From: Pristiophorus japonicus
Taxonomy: Eukaryota
DNA: 64,000 nt
Direction of reading: 5' to 3'
NCBI RefSeq assembly: GCF_044704955.1
Contig: NC_092010.1
Location: forward strand, 34,348,001 to 34,412,000
Position numbers and translations under genes: made by a program. Under the pieces are notes generated by a model. It saw only the letters and a list, made by a program, of their open reading frames with translations, was not told the DNA's origin and did no database searches. How positions within the stretch are numbered: position 1 is the stretch's first letter; every line of letters begins with the position of its first letter. This document shows positions 1 through 11,900 of the stretch, piece by piece.

Positions 1-453
1 CTGTTGGGTAGTTCTGCAACTGAAGTGAACTACAGGGCAGCAACACCACAATAACTGGATCACAGGAGTCACAATTCTTGGTCCATGGGTTTGAAACCTT
101 GTCCTGAACTAATTCAAATTCACCAGTCTCTTTGAATGGCAGCTCTTGATGGTTCTATGGTAGATACTGTGGAACTGTAACAATCTTGGATGTGGGTGAA
201 AGAAAAATGGAAAGAAAATAGGACCAGTCCGAGCGGGCAGATGTACCTTTCCGTCTGGGTGATGACAGAATAATAATTGACAGACTACAGTGGAAACCAT
301 CCTTCCTGCCTGGATCAGGGAGCAAATGCAACGCCATTAAGTAGAGAAAGACAAAATAAGCTTTTATTGTAAAAAAAGAGGAATCAATGCTGGTTCGGGG
401 AGTCAATGTCAATTTTGGATGGTTTGTTATTTCAGGTTTCACTGTGTCATTAT

Positions 454-3400
454 TGTTATGTATGAAGAAAGAGTCTGACTGAACACTGTGAGCTCAAAGT
501 AAAGTATGACCTTAGTCTTTTATTGCAGGTCTCCAGAGTGCCTCTCCAGCCTGTGAGGCCTTCTTGAGTACCCGTGCTCCCAACTGATTATGGGATCCCT
601 TGGGACTCCTGGGGATGAACCCTCTGGTGGCTGTACAGGGTAAATACAAGTTTACATATATAACAACACTCCCCCGCAAAGTCACCAGTGTAACTATTTA
701 CAAGGTGAGACGATCTGGGGCCCTTCTTTCCCTGGTTGATCGTCTCGGTGCAGATGCTGGTATTGGTGAACCGTCTGTTGGACCTTCGCTGGGCTGCTGT
801 GCAGCTGGCTTGCTGGGCTGTCTGGTGTGGTGAGTCCTGTTGGGCTGCTGCGGATGGTGGGTTCTGCTTCGTGGCCAACCGCGGTGTCGGTTGCCACTGG
901 TGTGTATGTTGGGGGGGTCAAAGAAGGTAGGGTCCAAAGTGGGTTGCTTAGGTTAGTCCGTGAATCTGAGTTTGATTTGGTCCAATTTTCCGGTGAATGA
1001 GTCCATTTGAAAGTTTGACCCGAAACACCCTGCTCCCCTCTTTCGCCACAACAGTGCCGGGAAGCCACTTGGGACCTTGTCCATAATTCAATACAAATAC
1101 AGGATCATTGATTTCAATTTCGCGTGACACATTTGCGCTATCATGATATGTACTTTGTTGAAGCCGCCTGCTCTCTACCTGTTCATGTAGATTAGGGTGA
1201 ACTAACGAGAACCTTGTCTTAAGTGCCCTTTTCATGAGCAGTTCAGCAGGTGGAATCCCAGTGAGTGAGTGGGGTCTCATGCGGTAACTAAGCAGGACTC
1301 GGGATAGGCGAATCTGCAGTGAGCCTTCAGTTACCCATTTCAAGCCCTGCTTGATGGTTTGCACTGCTCTCTTTGCCTGACCATTGGATGCTGGTTTGAA
1401 CGGGGCAGATGTGACATGTTTGATCCCATTGCGGGTCATGAATTCTTTGAACTCGGCACTGGTAAAACATGGCCCGTTGTCGCTCACAAGGACATGCTTG
1501 CCGATATTATCTCACATTCAATCCATGTGGAGTACGCATCTACAACCACAAGGAACATTTTACCCAAGAACGGGGCTGCATAGTCGACATGGACCCTAGA
1601 CCACAGTTTGGAGGGCCAAGACCATAAACTTAGTGGCGCCTCCCTGGGTGCATTGCTTAACTGCGAGCATGTGTTACATCTGTGCACGCAGGACTCTTAA
1701 GTCCGCATCGATACCGGGCCACCACATGTGGGATCTGGCTATCGCTTTCACCATTACAATGCCTGGGTGGGTGCTGTGGAGGTCACTGATGAAGGTGTCT
1801 CTGCCCTTCTTGGGAACCACTACCCGATTTCCCCACAGAAGGCAGTCTACCTGTATAGACATTTCATCTTTGTGCCCCTGGAACGACTTTATCTCTTCCT
1901 GCATTTCCACTGGGACACTGGACCAGCTCCCGTGAAGCACACAGTTTTTAACTAGGGACAGCAAGGGGTCTTGGCTCGTCCAGGTTCTAATCTGTCGGGC
2001 TGTGACGGGTGATTGCTCACTCTCAAATGCTTCCATAACCATGACTCGATCTGCGGGCTGCACCATTTCCACCCCCGTGGTGGGCAATGGCAGCCTGCTG
2101 AGAGCATCGGCACAGTTTTCTGTACCTGGCCTGTGGTGGTTGGCGTAGTTGTATGCGGACAACATGAGCGTCCATCTCTGGATGCGGGCCGATGCATAAG
2201 TATTTATCCCTTTACTCTCGGAAAACAGGGATATCAGTGGCTTATGGTCAGTTTCCAATTCAAATTTTAGCCCTAACAGGTATTAATGCATTTTCTTTAT
2301 CCTTCATGCTGTAGGCTCTCTCAGCCTTAGACCTGGATGCATAAGCAACCGGTTGCAATTTCCCAAAATCATTAGCTTGTTGCAATACACACCCGACGCC
2401 ATACGACAATGCATCACATGATAGCACTAAACGCTTAAATGGATCATACAACACAAGCAATTTGTTTGAGCATAACAATTTTCTAGCTTTTACAAATGCA
2501 TTTTCTTGGCTTTTGCCCCATACCCATTCGTCTCCTTTACGCAGTAAGGCGTGCAGTAGTTCTAACAGTGTGCTGAAGTAAGACGTTACCAAAATAGTTC
2601 AGGAGTCCGAGAAACGACCGCAGCTCCGTCATGTTCTGTGGCCTCGGTGCGTTCTCTATTGCCCCCGTCTTCGAATCGGTGGGCCTGATGCCATCCGCCG
2701 CGATTCTTCTTCCCAGGAACTCCACTTCAGGCGCCAGGAAAACGCACTTCGAACATTTTAACCTGAGCCCCACGCGGTTGAGTCGACTAAGAACCTATTC
2801 CAGGTTCTGCAGATGCTCGCTTGTAACCAAGATGTTGTCCTGGAAGATCACCGTGCGCGGGACCGACTTCAGTAAGCTTTCCATGTTTCTCTGGAATATC
2901 GCTGCCACTGATCGAATTCCAAACGGGCATCTGTTATAAATGAAGAGACCTTTGCGCGTGTTCATGCAGGTGAGGGCCTTCGATGATTCCTCCAGCTCCT
3001 GTGTCATGTAGGCCGAGGTCAAGTCCAGCTTCGTGATCGTCTTTCCTCCTGCCAGCGTAGCAAAAATGTCGTCAGCCTTTGGTCGTGGGTATTGGTCCTG
3101 CAGGGAGAAACGATTGATAGTTACTTTGTAATCACCACAGATTCTGACGGTGCCGTCTCCCTTGAGGACAGGAACGATCGGACTGGCTCACTCGTTGAAT
3201 TCGATCGGCGAAATGATGCCCTCTCATTGCAGCCAGTCTAGCTCGACCTCTACCCTTTCTCTCATCGTGTACAGTACAGCTCTCGCCTTGTGATGGATGG
3301 GTCACGCCCCCGGAATTAGGTGGATCTGCACTTTTACTCCTTGGAACTTCCTGATGCCTGGTTCGAACAGCGAAGAGAACTTGTTTAAGACCTGGGCACA

Positions 3401-4932
3401 TGAAGTGTTGCCAGCGGGCAAGAGCGCTCGGATGTCGTCCCAGTTCCAGCGTATCTTTCCTAGCCAGCTCCTGCCGAGCAGCGTGGGACCATCACCCGGT
3501 ACCACCCAGAGTGGTAGCTTGTGCACCGCTCCATCGTAGGAGACTTTTATAGTAGCACTGCCGATTACAGGAATCAGTTCCTTTGTGTAAGTTCTCAATT
3601 TTGTGCGAATTGGTGTCAAGACCGGCCTTGAGGCCTTGCTGCACCACAATTTTTCGAAAGCCTTTTTGCTCATAATGGACTGGCTTGCGCCCGTGTCCAA
3701 CTCCATTGACACCGCCCGTGTCCAACTCCATTGACACTGGGAGTCCATTTAGTTCAACCTTCAGCATTATCGGGGGACATTCAGTGGTAAATGTAAGCAC
3801 CCCATATACCTCTGCCTCCTCGGTCTGAGGCTCTAGTTCGTCGTGATCCGCCGGGGATCTGTCCTCCTCTGCAACATGGTGGTTTGCAGGATTAACAGGA
3901 TTAGCAGCTCGCCTGCACATACGTTAGAGGTGTCCCATTGTTCCACAGCCCTTGCAAATGTACCCTTTGAAGCTGCATGAATGGAAATGATGATCACCCC
4001 TGCAGCGCCAACAAGGTGATAATGGCCCAAGGTAATGATTCATCACCCTTGATGGTGGACTCTGAGACATCTGCAGATATGCAGCTGCAGGCATGTGGGG
4101 CCCGCCCTGTACATGGCAATTTGAAAACAACATCACTTTGTTCACAGTACTTGTAGGAGCACCCATGTGCTGAGAGATTTGCTTAGTATTGTCACTGGTG
4201 GTAATGAACGCCTGGGCTATTGCTATGACCTTACTCAAGGTTGGGGTCTCTACAGTCAAAAGTTTGCGAAGTATCATTTCATGGCCAATGCCAAGTACGA
4301 AAAAGTCACTGAGCATGTTCTCCAAATGTCCTTCAAATTCGCAATATCCTGCATGATGTCTTAGCTCGGCGACATAACTCGCCACTTCCTGGCCTTCAGA
4401 CCTTTTGTAGGTGTAGAACCGGTACCTTGCCATTAGAACGCTTTCCTTCGGGTTCAGATGCTCCCGGACCAGTGTGCACAAATCATCGTACGATCTCTCT
4501 GTGGGTTTTGCTGGAGCAAGCAGATTTTTCATGCCCCGCAGACGGTGAGGAGAATTGCCCTTCATTTGGCAGCGTTCGTTTCTCCTTCCAGCTCGTTGGC
4601 CACGAGGTATTGGTCGAGTCGCTCCACGAAGGTTTCCCAATCATCTCCCTCCGAGAATTTCTCCAGGATGCTCACTGTTCCCTGCATCGTTGGGTTTGTT
4701 ATCTGTATCTCGTCGCCAATTGTTATGTATGAAGAAAGAGTCTGACTGGATACTATGAGCTCAAAGTAAAGTATGACCTTAGTCTTTTATTGCAGGTCTC
4801 CAGAGTGCCTCTCCAGCCTGTGAAGTCTCCTTAAGTACCTGTGCTCCCAAGGGATTATGGGATCCCTTGGGACTCCAGGGTATGAGCCCTCTGGTGGCTG
4901 TACAAGGTAAATACAAGTTTACATATATAACA
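454..4932 (-). mobile_element. Full-length Ty3/Gypsy LTR retrotransposon (Mag-like), degraded
   Basis: Two 212-bp LTRs (454-665 and 4721-4932, TG...CA) with 14 mismatches by hand count. Flanks ATTAT/GTTAT (5-bp TSD, 1 mismatch). PBS TGGCGACGAG on the minus strand at about 4709-4718; polypurine tract beside the 454-665 LTR. Domain order gag-PR-RT-RH-IN. Confidence 0.95.
698..4687 (-). pseudogene. gag-pol of LTR element 1, broken by frameshifts and stops
   Basis: Gag starts MQGTVSILEKFSEGDDWETFVERLDQY at 4687. ORF fragments carry Zn knuckles (CWRCRGDHHFHSC), protease LDTGA, RT (CPFGI, FQDN), RNase H (ETDHKPL) and integrase (SDNGPCF, ASNGQA). Confidence 0.92.
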
Positions 4933-5042
4933 GTTATAATGCTGTACTCACACAAATGATGTAACCATATCATCGATGCCATTATCACACATATGTGCAT
5001 AGCTCAAAAACGATCTTAAAAACCTTACAGGAACAATGATAG

Positions 5043-5690
5043 AAAGAAAGAACTTGTATTTCTATCGCGCCTTTCATGATCTCAGGATGTCCCAAAACAC
5101 TTCAGAGCCAATGGGTACTTTGGAAATGTAGTCACAATTGAAATACAGGTTGAACCTCCTTTATCCAAAACTCCCTGATCCGGAACCACCCCTCGACCAG
5201 AACCATTCCCGGCCATCGGGTGGCACATGTGCAGAACTCTGACATTAACAAATTGAATAAACTGAAGTCCTCCATCGCTGCCGACTCCCGCAATCGCTGG
5301 CCTGACCCCGCGATCCACTGCCGCCACCCCCCGATGATCTCTCTGCCGCACCCCCAGCCCCAAGCCAGCCAGCCCCGATTTCCCCGTGCACAGTGCCTGT
5401 ACCATCCAATTTAACGTGACCACCCCTCATCTGGAAAAATCCCTTATCCAGAACAGGTCAGGTCCCGAGGGTTCCAGATAAAGGAGGTTCAACCTGTACA
5501 GGGAAAACACGGCAGCCAATTTGCACACAACAGACCAGATCATTTAGTTCTTTTAGTGATGTTGGTTGAAGGATAAATGTTGGCCAGGACACCAGGAGAA
5601 CTCTCTTGCTCTCCTTCAAATAGTGCCATGGGATCTTTTACATTCACCTCCTGACTCAGAGGCGAGAGTTACACCCAATGTAATATTCTT
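5043..5690 (-). mobile_element. Deu-type (SacSINE1-like) SINE fragment interrupted by a MITE
   Basis: Matches the reverse complement of the SINE copies at 15798-16240 and 46100-46510; split at a TA by the 5146-5496 element. Confidence 0.65.
5146..5496. mobile_element. Tc1/mariner-superfamily (Tigger/pogo-like) MITE
   Basis: TIR CAGGTTGAACCTCCYTTATC at both ends, TA TSD; second copy at 21195-21528. Confidence 0.9.
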
Positions 5691-6081
5691 TTAAGTACCT
5701 TTACAGAACACATATTAAGCAACTGAGTGATCCCATCTCTTGATCTTTGAACAGAATGGATGCATTCACTGAAGCCAATGAAAGAAGCCTTTTTTCTCGT
5801 TCATATGAAGCACTGTGTGAGTTTTTTTTCCCCTTTACTTCCCCCCCTGCTCAAATCCTGTCTCCTGAAGGTCCTAATTCATGTTTGGGTGTGTTTCCAT
5901 GAATTACAGCAGCCATCCAATGGCTCACCCAGGTGCCATGCTTCATTTGCAAACCTAGATGGTAAGTGTCAGCCAGGACGAGGAAGTGGGAGGGAGAAAG
6001 ATGGGGTTATCACAGTCACGGCCTACCCCACATTAATACATAGGTACTTTTCAGCAGGAGTCACTGGATAGTGGTCAGGAG

Positions 6082-6241
6082 CAATGTTCCCGTTAAGCTA
6101 TGTGGCCGTGCTGCGGTCTGGAAGTCCCACGCAGGCCGCTCACCGGCTTCTACAGGGAAGAAACGCGCAAGTGTGAAAATTGGAATGGGCCGTGCACCCA
6201 ATTAAAGGGACCAAGCGATAAAAGAATGAGGGGGAACGCTG
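6082..6241. mobile_element. hAT-like MITE (160 bp)
   Basis: Imperfect TIR CAATGTTCCC...GGGAACGCTG; 8-bp flanking repeat GTCAGGAG/ATCAGGAG. Confidence 0.7.
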
Positions 6242-6890
6242 ATCAGGAGCAAGGACTCTAGTGATTTTCCTCACCCTCTTCACTGCCCATGCTCAGATCA
6301 GCTAGCTCAACAAAGATGAGGGGTCAACCCTGGAACCTTCCTCGTTTATACAGCTTGGTATGAAGCTTTTTTTGGTCAGGGTGAAATCCTTTTTCTCGGT
6401 CAGGGTGAAATCCTTTTTCTCCTGGTGTCCTGGGCCAAACACTTACTGCAGCTGAGAGGGTCTGTAGGTAACCTACTCCCAAACCTCTGTCAGTGTCACT
6501 ATGAACCAATCATGAGGAGGTGCATACCTCTAGGCCATTAATGTCTTTCCCTTCAGTTTTTTCCTCACTGGCCATGGGGAAGTGCTTGTCCTTCACTCTG
6601 TTGCTCCCAATGGAAAGACGGCTAACTTGGGAACTCAGCAACACAAGCGGGTGTGAACCTGAGTCTCACAATTTGGCACTAAGCGTCAGTGCCTGTAAAG
6701 ACAAACAAATCAACATTTTACACATCGCAAGTACTTGAATCCTGCAAGGACTGAGTGTCCTTTGCAGCTTTCAAAATAAACACACCTATCACATAGCAGC
6801 TGTGAAACAGAATTCTGTGTGTACTAACCCTGTGTGTACTAACCTGGTTAATTTTTTTAAAATCGCCTAACACCGAATCGAACTGTGGTG

Positions 6891-7183
6891 TCATCATCAT
6901 CATCATAGGCGGTCCCTCATATCGAGGATGACTTGCTTCCACGCCAAAAAGGGATGAGTTCACAGATATTTCAATGAAGGACCTAATATTCCAGATCCCG
7001 AACTACATCTTGAAGGGTGGAAGATGCCTGTGCGTGGATTTTTTTAACGTGTGGTGGCCGTTGCACACCAGCCACCACACGGGCTTGACAGAGCTAGGTC
7101 TTGGTCCAGTGGCAAGGGTTAACCAAGGCGACTGGAGACCTGCTCTGCTGCACGGGCCTAGTGCGCACACATATCGCAGTGTG
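6891..7183 (-). mobile_element. Non-autonomous RTE-derived retroelement
   Basis: (GAT)n tail and GTGGAAGCAAGTCATCCTCGA 3' end resemble the RTE fragments at 28573 and 48242; body shared with 42950-43201. Confidence 0.7.
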
Positions 7184-8009
7184 TAACACTGTACTATCGG
7201 AGTCATGGCCAAGGTCCTTTTTCTCATGGGGAGAAGGTGAACAAGAAAATGAAAGAGAGAAGTGCATTGTAAAATAAGGAATGGGAGTATAAACTCAATG
7301 GAAAGACACTGAAGCGTCCCAAGGGTTCAGCCGCATGTCCAGGTAGATATAGCCATAAAAAGGCCATAGCATTTTGGGCTTTATGAATAGGGGCATAAAG
7401 TACAAAAGTAAAGAGGTAATGATAAATTTGTACAAGACAGTGGTTAGGCCAGTTACAGAGTGCCGTGTGCAGTTTTGACCACTCCATTACAGAAAGGATG
7501 TAGGCCGAGAAATTTGATGATTCTGTACCCGCTCTTTGGGCACCTAAGCCTCCAATATGGTGGCCAGGAAGTGCACGCTCATTGCGAACTGAAAGGGTGC
7601 CACTTGCTTGGTGTAGGCAAAAAAATAGGCGTCCAGGGCCTGCGGCTGAAACTGGCGTTGGGGTCTTTGCATATGCAAATAGAAGGCCTAACGCCTGTTT
7701 GAATCCCCTCTGCAATATTGGGTTGCCCTGAGGCCGACTGCACTCAGGAAAATCAGCCTAATAGGCTATCCTTAAAAGGTAAGATTTAAAAATATAACCA
7801 CCTGAATGTGAAGCTAGGAGGAGCAGGAGTGCTCCTTCTAAAACCGCGGGCTGCTGCCAATCACCGCTCCCTGATACTGCCCACTGCTCCCTCCCTCCTG
7901 ATCATCCCCTCACAATTGTACCTCTCTCTCCCGGTCCCCAGAAGAGGGCAGTGCTATTATTTTTGTATTGGTCGAGCAAAGAGCCAGCACAGACACAATG
8001 GGCCAAAGG

Positions 8010-8306
8010 GGGTCACAGTCTCATAATAAGGGGTCGGCTAATTAGGATCAAGCTGAGGAGAAATTTCTTCACTCAAAGAGTTGTGAATCTTTGGAATTCC
8101 CTATCCCAGAGGACTGGAGGCTCAGTCGTTGAGCATATTCAAGACAGAGATGAATATATTTTTGGATATTAAGGGAATCAAGAGATATGGGGATCGTGTG
8201 AGTAAGTGGAGTTGAGGTAGAAGATCAGCCATGATCTCATTGAATGGCGGAACAGGCTCGAGGGGCCGAATGGCCTACTGCTCCTAATTCTTATGTGCTT
8301 ATGTTC
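8010..8306 (+). mobile_element. CR1 LINE 3' fragment
   Basis: Encodes [16 protein letters not shown]; CR1 3' UTR ending GGCCGAATGGCCTACT...TTCTTATG. Confidence 0.85.
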
Positions 8307-8349
8307 TCAAATGGCCTCTTTCTGTGCTTAAACTTCAATGGTTCTATGA

Positions 8350-8540
8350 AATAAAGAAAGAGAGGGAGACAGAGACAGACGGAGAGAGAGAGGAACATGC
8401 AGGGAAAGCGAGACAGAAACAAAAGGAAAGAGAAGGAAAAGAGAGAGAGAAACAGCCATAGAAAAAGAGAATAAAAGAGTCAGAGATAAGAGGACAAACA
8501 AAAAAGAGAAAGAGAGACAGAAAGACGGAGAAAGAACACA
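8350..8540. repeat. GA-rich low-complexity tract upstream of PMEL
   Basis: Strongly purine-biased run on the + strand. Confidence 0.8.
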
Positions 8541-8769
8541 AAATTGCTATTACTGAATATTAACAACCATCAGGGGTGTATAGACAAATATTGGTCACTA
8601 GGTTGACAGAAACTGTGCAGCACGTAGTGAAAGATGATTGACTGTATGCAAACTAGATGAAATCACATCACTTAAAGCCAAGCTCAAAATGACAAAGTCT
8701 GGAGACAAGTATTCAGTGCCTATTCTATTTATCCAGTAGCTCTCAAAAGGTTAAATCTGTTGTAGTTTG

Positions 8770-8850
8770 CCTCACTGATGTCACAAGTAGGCTGGGTTTA
8801 CATTCATTTGATGGTCCCGACTTACTTAAAAGTGGCTTCTATATAAGATC
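8770..8850 (+). promoter_or_regulatory. Putative PMEL core promoter
   Basis: TATATAA at 8840-8846, about 55 nt before the ATG; CRE-like TGATGTCA at 8776-8783. Confidence 0.55.
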
Positions 8851-8901
8851 CGATCTCTTGGTCTCTGAATTTTGTGGAAGGAAGAAGAAAGAAAGAAGAA
8901 G

Positions 8902-8965
8902 ATGTGGAGCACTTTGCAGTTGCTCTTGATTGCTATCATTGGTGCTGCTCCTATGGTTGTCAGCT
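8902..8965 (+). CDS. PMEL: PMEL exon 1 (signal peptide)
   Basis: [21 protein letters not shown] followed by a GTGAGT donor in phase 1, matching exon 2. Confidence 0.85.
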
Positions 8966-11900
8966 GTGAGTTCAATGTGTTTGAAATAGAATGATCATCT
9001 TTAACATTTAATAATGCTAAATGTTATAGCTTCTACAAGAAATTATCTTCCTATTTGTACTGCTAATTGTCTGACATTGGGGAATTCGAAAACTCCTGTT
9101 TCCCTCTGGGGAATCAGAACAGTCTCACATTCCTGCAATAAAAGCTGTTTTCAGTTTTAATCTCTAATCACAATGCAGCTTTTTTGTTTATCTCGGTCTA
9201 GGGGAAAAGTTTATTAAAACAATGTACAAATACTGTTTTTTTGCCCCAAACCAGTATTGTAATATGCATTTATTTTTGTATATCATAGGTGGTTTAAGGA
9301 TGCTTTTAGGATTGAATGGATTGCTGATATTATCAAGAATGTTTTTTAGTTCAGGATATTCCTCCCTATTTTATAATCGTCATTAGACTTGCAAAGTGTC
9401 TTGGCAGGTGTCAGGTGAGGGAGCATTTTTAACAGCTTGGAGGTGTCGGTACTGTACTGAATTTAAACTGTCAGTTCACAGCTCCAACTGTTGAAGTCAA
9501 TTGAATTGCTTCAGTGTAAATTAGCTACAGATCAGATCATACTTACATTAACTTTAATATCGCTTTCTGGAAATTTATACTTGTCGTCTCAAGGTATAGA
9601 ATTCATGACTTAAATCTCTTCCACAGTCATTAATTTAGAGAGGCTTTCACCCTCCAAGGCTCCAGGTTCTGAAATAAAATTCTGCTTACTGTGAGCCGTC
9701 ACAATTTAGCAGGAATTTTAATCACTCCTGCCTTCCACCCTATCACAGACCTTCCCATGTGTTCCTTCCTCCTCTCCCGCCTTCCCTGCCTCTGCATTTG
9801 CTTAAAACCTGTTAGATATCTAACTTTTTCCAGTTCTGATGAAGGGTCATTGACCTGAAACGTTAACACTGTTTCTCTCTCCACAGATGCTGCCTGACCC
9901 GTTGAGTGTTTCCAGCATTTTCTGTTTTTATTAGCAGGAATTTGTTTGCCAGTTGCAATTCAGTGGTATTTGAAACTCCCAAAGAATAAAACCAGCTGGG
10001 CAAAAGAAAACTAATTATGTGCTTGTTCAAACCTAAAATATCAGTCTGTGGCAAAGAAAAAGACTTACATTTATAGAGCGCCTTTCACGCCCTCAGGACG
10101 TCCCAAAGCACGTTACAACCAATGAAGTACTTAGGAAGTGCAGTCACTGTTGTAATGTAGGAAATATAAAGAGATCACAGTAAATCTAACCTTTTGAATG
10201 TCGAAAGTTTGTGCTATTGTGCCTGTGCTCAGTAAAACTGTTGAAAGATTCTGACTTGCCTTTTCTCAGGTACAGATTGGTTTTTGGTAGCAGTAGAAAG
10301 CATGGGCTAAATTCTATTGGACGTAGCAACATTGTTACTTTGTCAAAAAAGTACTAGCTGACTAATTTAGCCCTTCGTGCAAACAGCAAAGTGAAAAGAT
10401 TTCTCTGCAAGATTAAAAAACGAGAAAGCAAGTGGAGCATGCACACCGAGCAAAAAGCCTGATGTTAAAATATAACATATTTGCTTTCTTGTGTCGCACC
10501 ATCGGACTGCTCTATCTCGGAGATGCAGTTATATGATGTGATTGGGATTACGGAGACGTGGCTCCAGGATGAGCAGGGCTGGGAACTCAACATCCAGGGG
10601 TATTCAACATTCAGGAAGGATAGAATAAAAGGAAAAGGAGGTGGGGTAGCATTGCTGGTTAAGGAGGAGATTAAGGCAATAGTTAGGAAGGACATTAGCT
10701 TGGATGATGTGGAATCTATATGGGTAGAGCTGCAGAACACCAAAGGGCAAAAAACGTTAGTGGGAGTTGTGTACAGACCTCCAAACAGTAGTAGTGATGT
10801 TGGGGAGGGCATCAAACAGGAAATTAGGGGTGCGTGCAATAAAGGTGCAGCAGTTATAATGGGTGACTTTAATATGCACATAGATTGGGCTAACCAAACT
10901 GAAAGCAATACGGTGGAGGAGGATTTTCTGGAGTGCATAAGGGATGGTTTTTTAGACCAATATGTCGAGGAACCAACTAGGGGGGAGGCCATCTTAGACT
11001 GGGTGTTATGTAATGAGAAAGGATTAATTAGCAATCTCGTTGTGCGAGGCCCCTTGGGGAAGAGTGACCATAATATGGTGGAATTCTGCATTAGGATGGA
11101 GAATGAAACAGTTAATTCAGAGACCATGGTCCAGAACTTAAAGAAGGCTAACTTTGAAGGTATGAGGCGTGAATTGGCTGAGATGGATTGGCGAATGATA
11201 CTTAAGGGGTTGACTGTGGATGGGCAATGGCAGACATTTAGAGACCGCATGGATGAACTACAACAATTGTACATTCCTGTCTGGCATAGAAATAAAAAAG
11301 GGAAGGTGGCTCAACCGTGGCTATCAAGGGAAATCAGGGATAGTATTAAAGCCAAGGAAGTGGCATACAAATTGGCCAGAAATAGCAGCGAACCTGGGGA
11401 CTGGGAGAAATTTAGAACTCAGCAGAGGAGGACAAAGGGTTTGATTAGGGCAGGGAAAATGGAGTATGAGAAGAAGCTTGCAGGGAACATTAAGACGGAT
11501 TGCAAAAGTTTCTATAGATATGTAAAGAGAAAAAGGTTAGTAAAGACAAACGTAGGTCCCCTGCAGTCAGAATCAGGGGAAGTCATAACGGGGAACAAAG
11601 AAATGGCGGACCAATTGAACAAGTACTTTGGTTCGGTATTCACGAAGGAGGACACGAACAACCTTCCGGTTATAAAAGGGGTCGGGGGGTCTAGTAAGGA
11701 GGAGGAACTGAGGGAAATCCTTATTAGCCGGGAAATTGTGTTGGGGAAATTGATGGGATTGAAGGCCGATAAATCCCCAGGGCCTGATGGACTGCATCCC
11801 AGAGTACTTAAGGAGGTGGCCTTGGAAATAGTGGATGCGTTGACAGTCATTTTCCAACATTCCATTGACTCTGGATCAGTTCCTATGGAGTGGAGGGTAG

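Noticed and set aside
6374-6421. Short tandem duplications (also near 6817, 27164, 36133 and 58321)
   Set aside because: Ordinary 15-24 bp slippage duplications with no shared motif.
10481-10530. PMEL exon 1 spliced in frame to CR1 ORF2
   Set aside because: Nearby AGs fall in phase 0 of ORF2 while the exon 1 donor is phase 1, giving an early stop; the annotated TTG start lies in flanking DNA.
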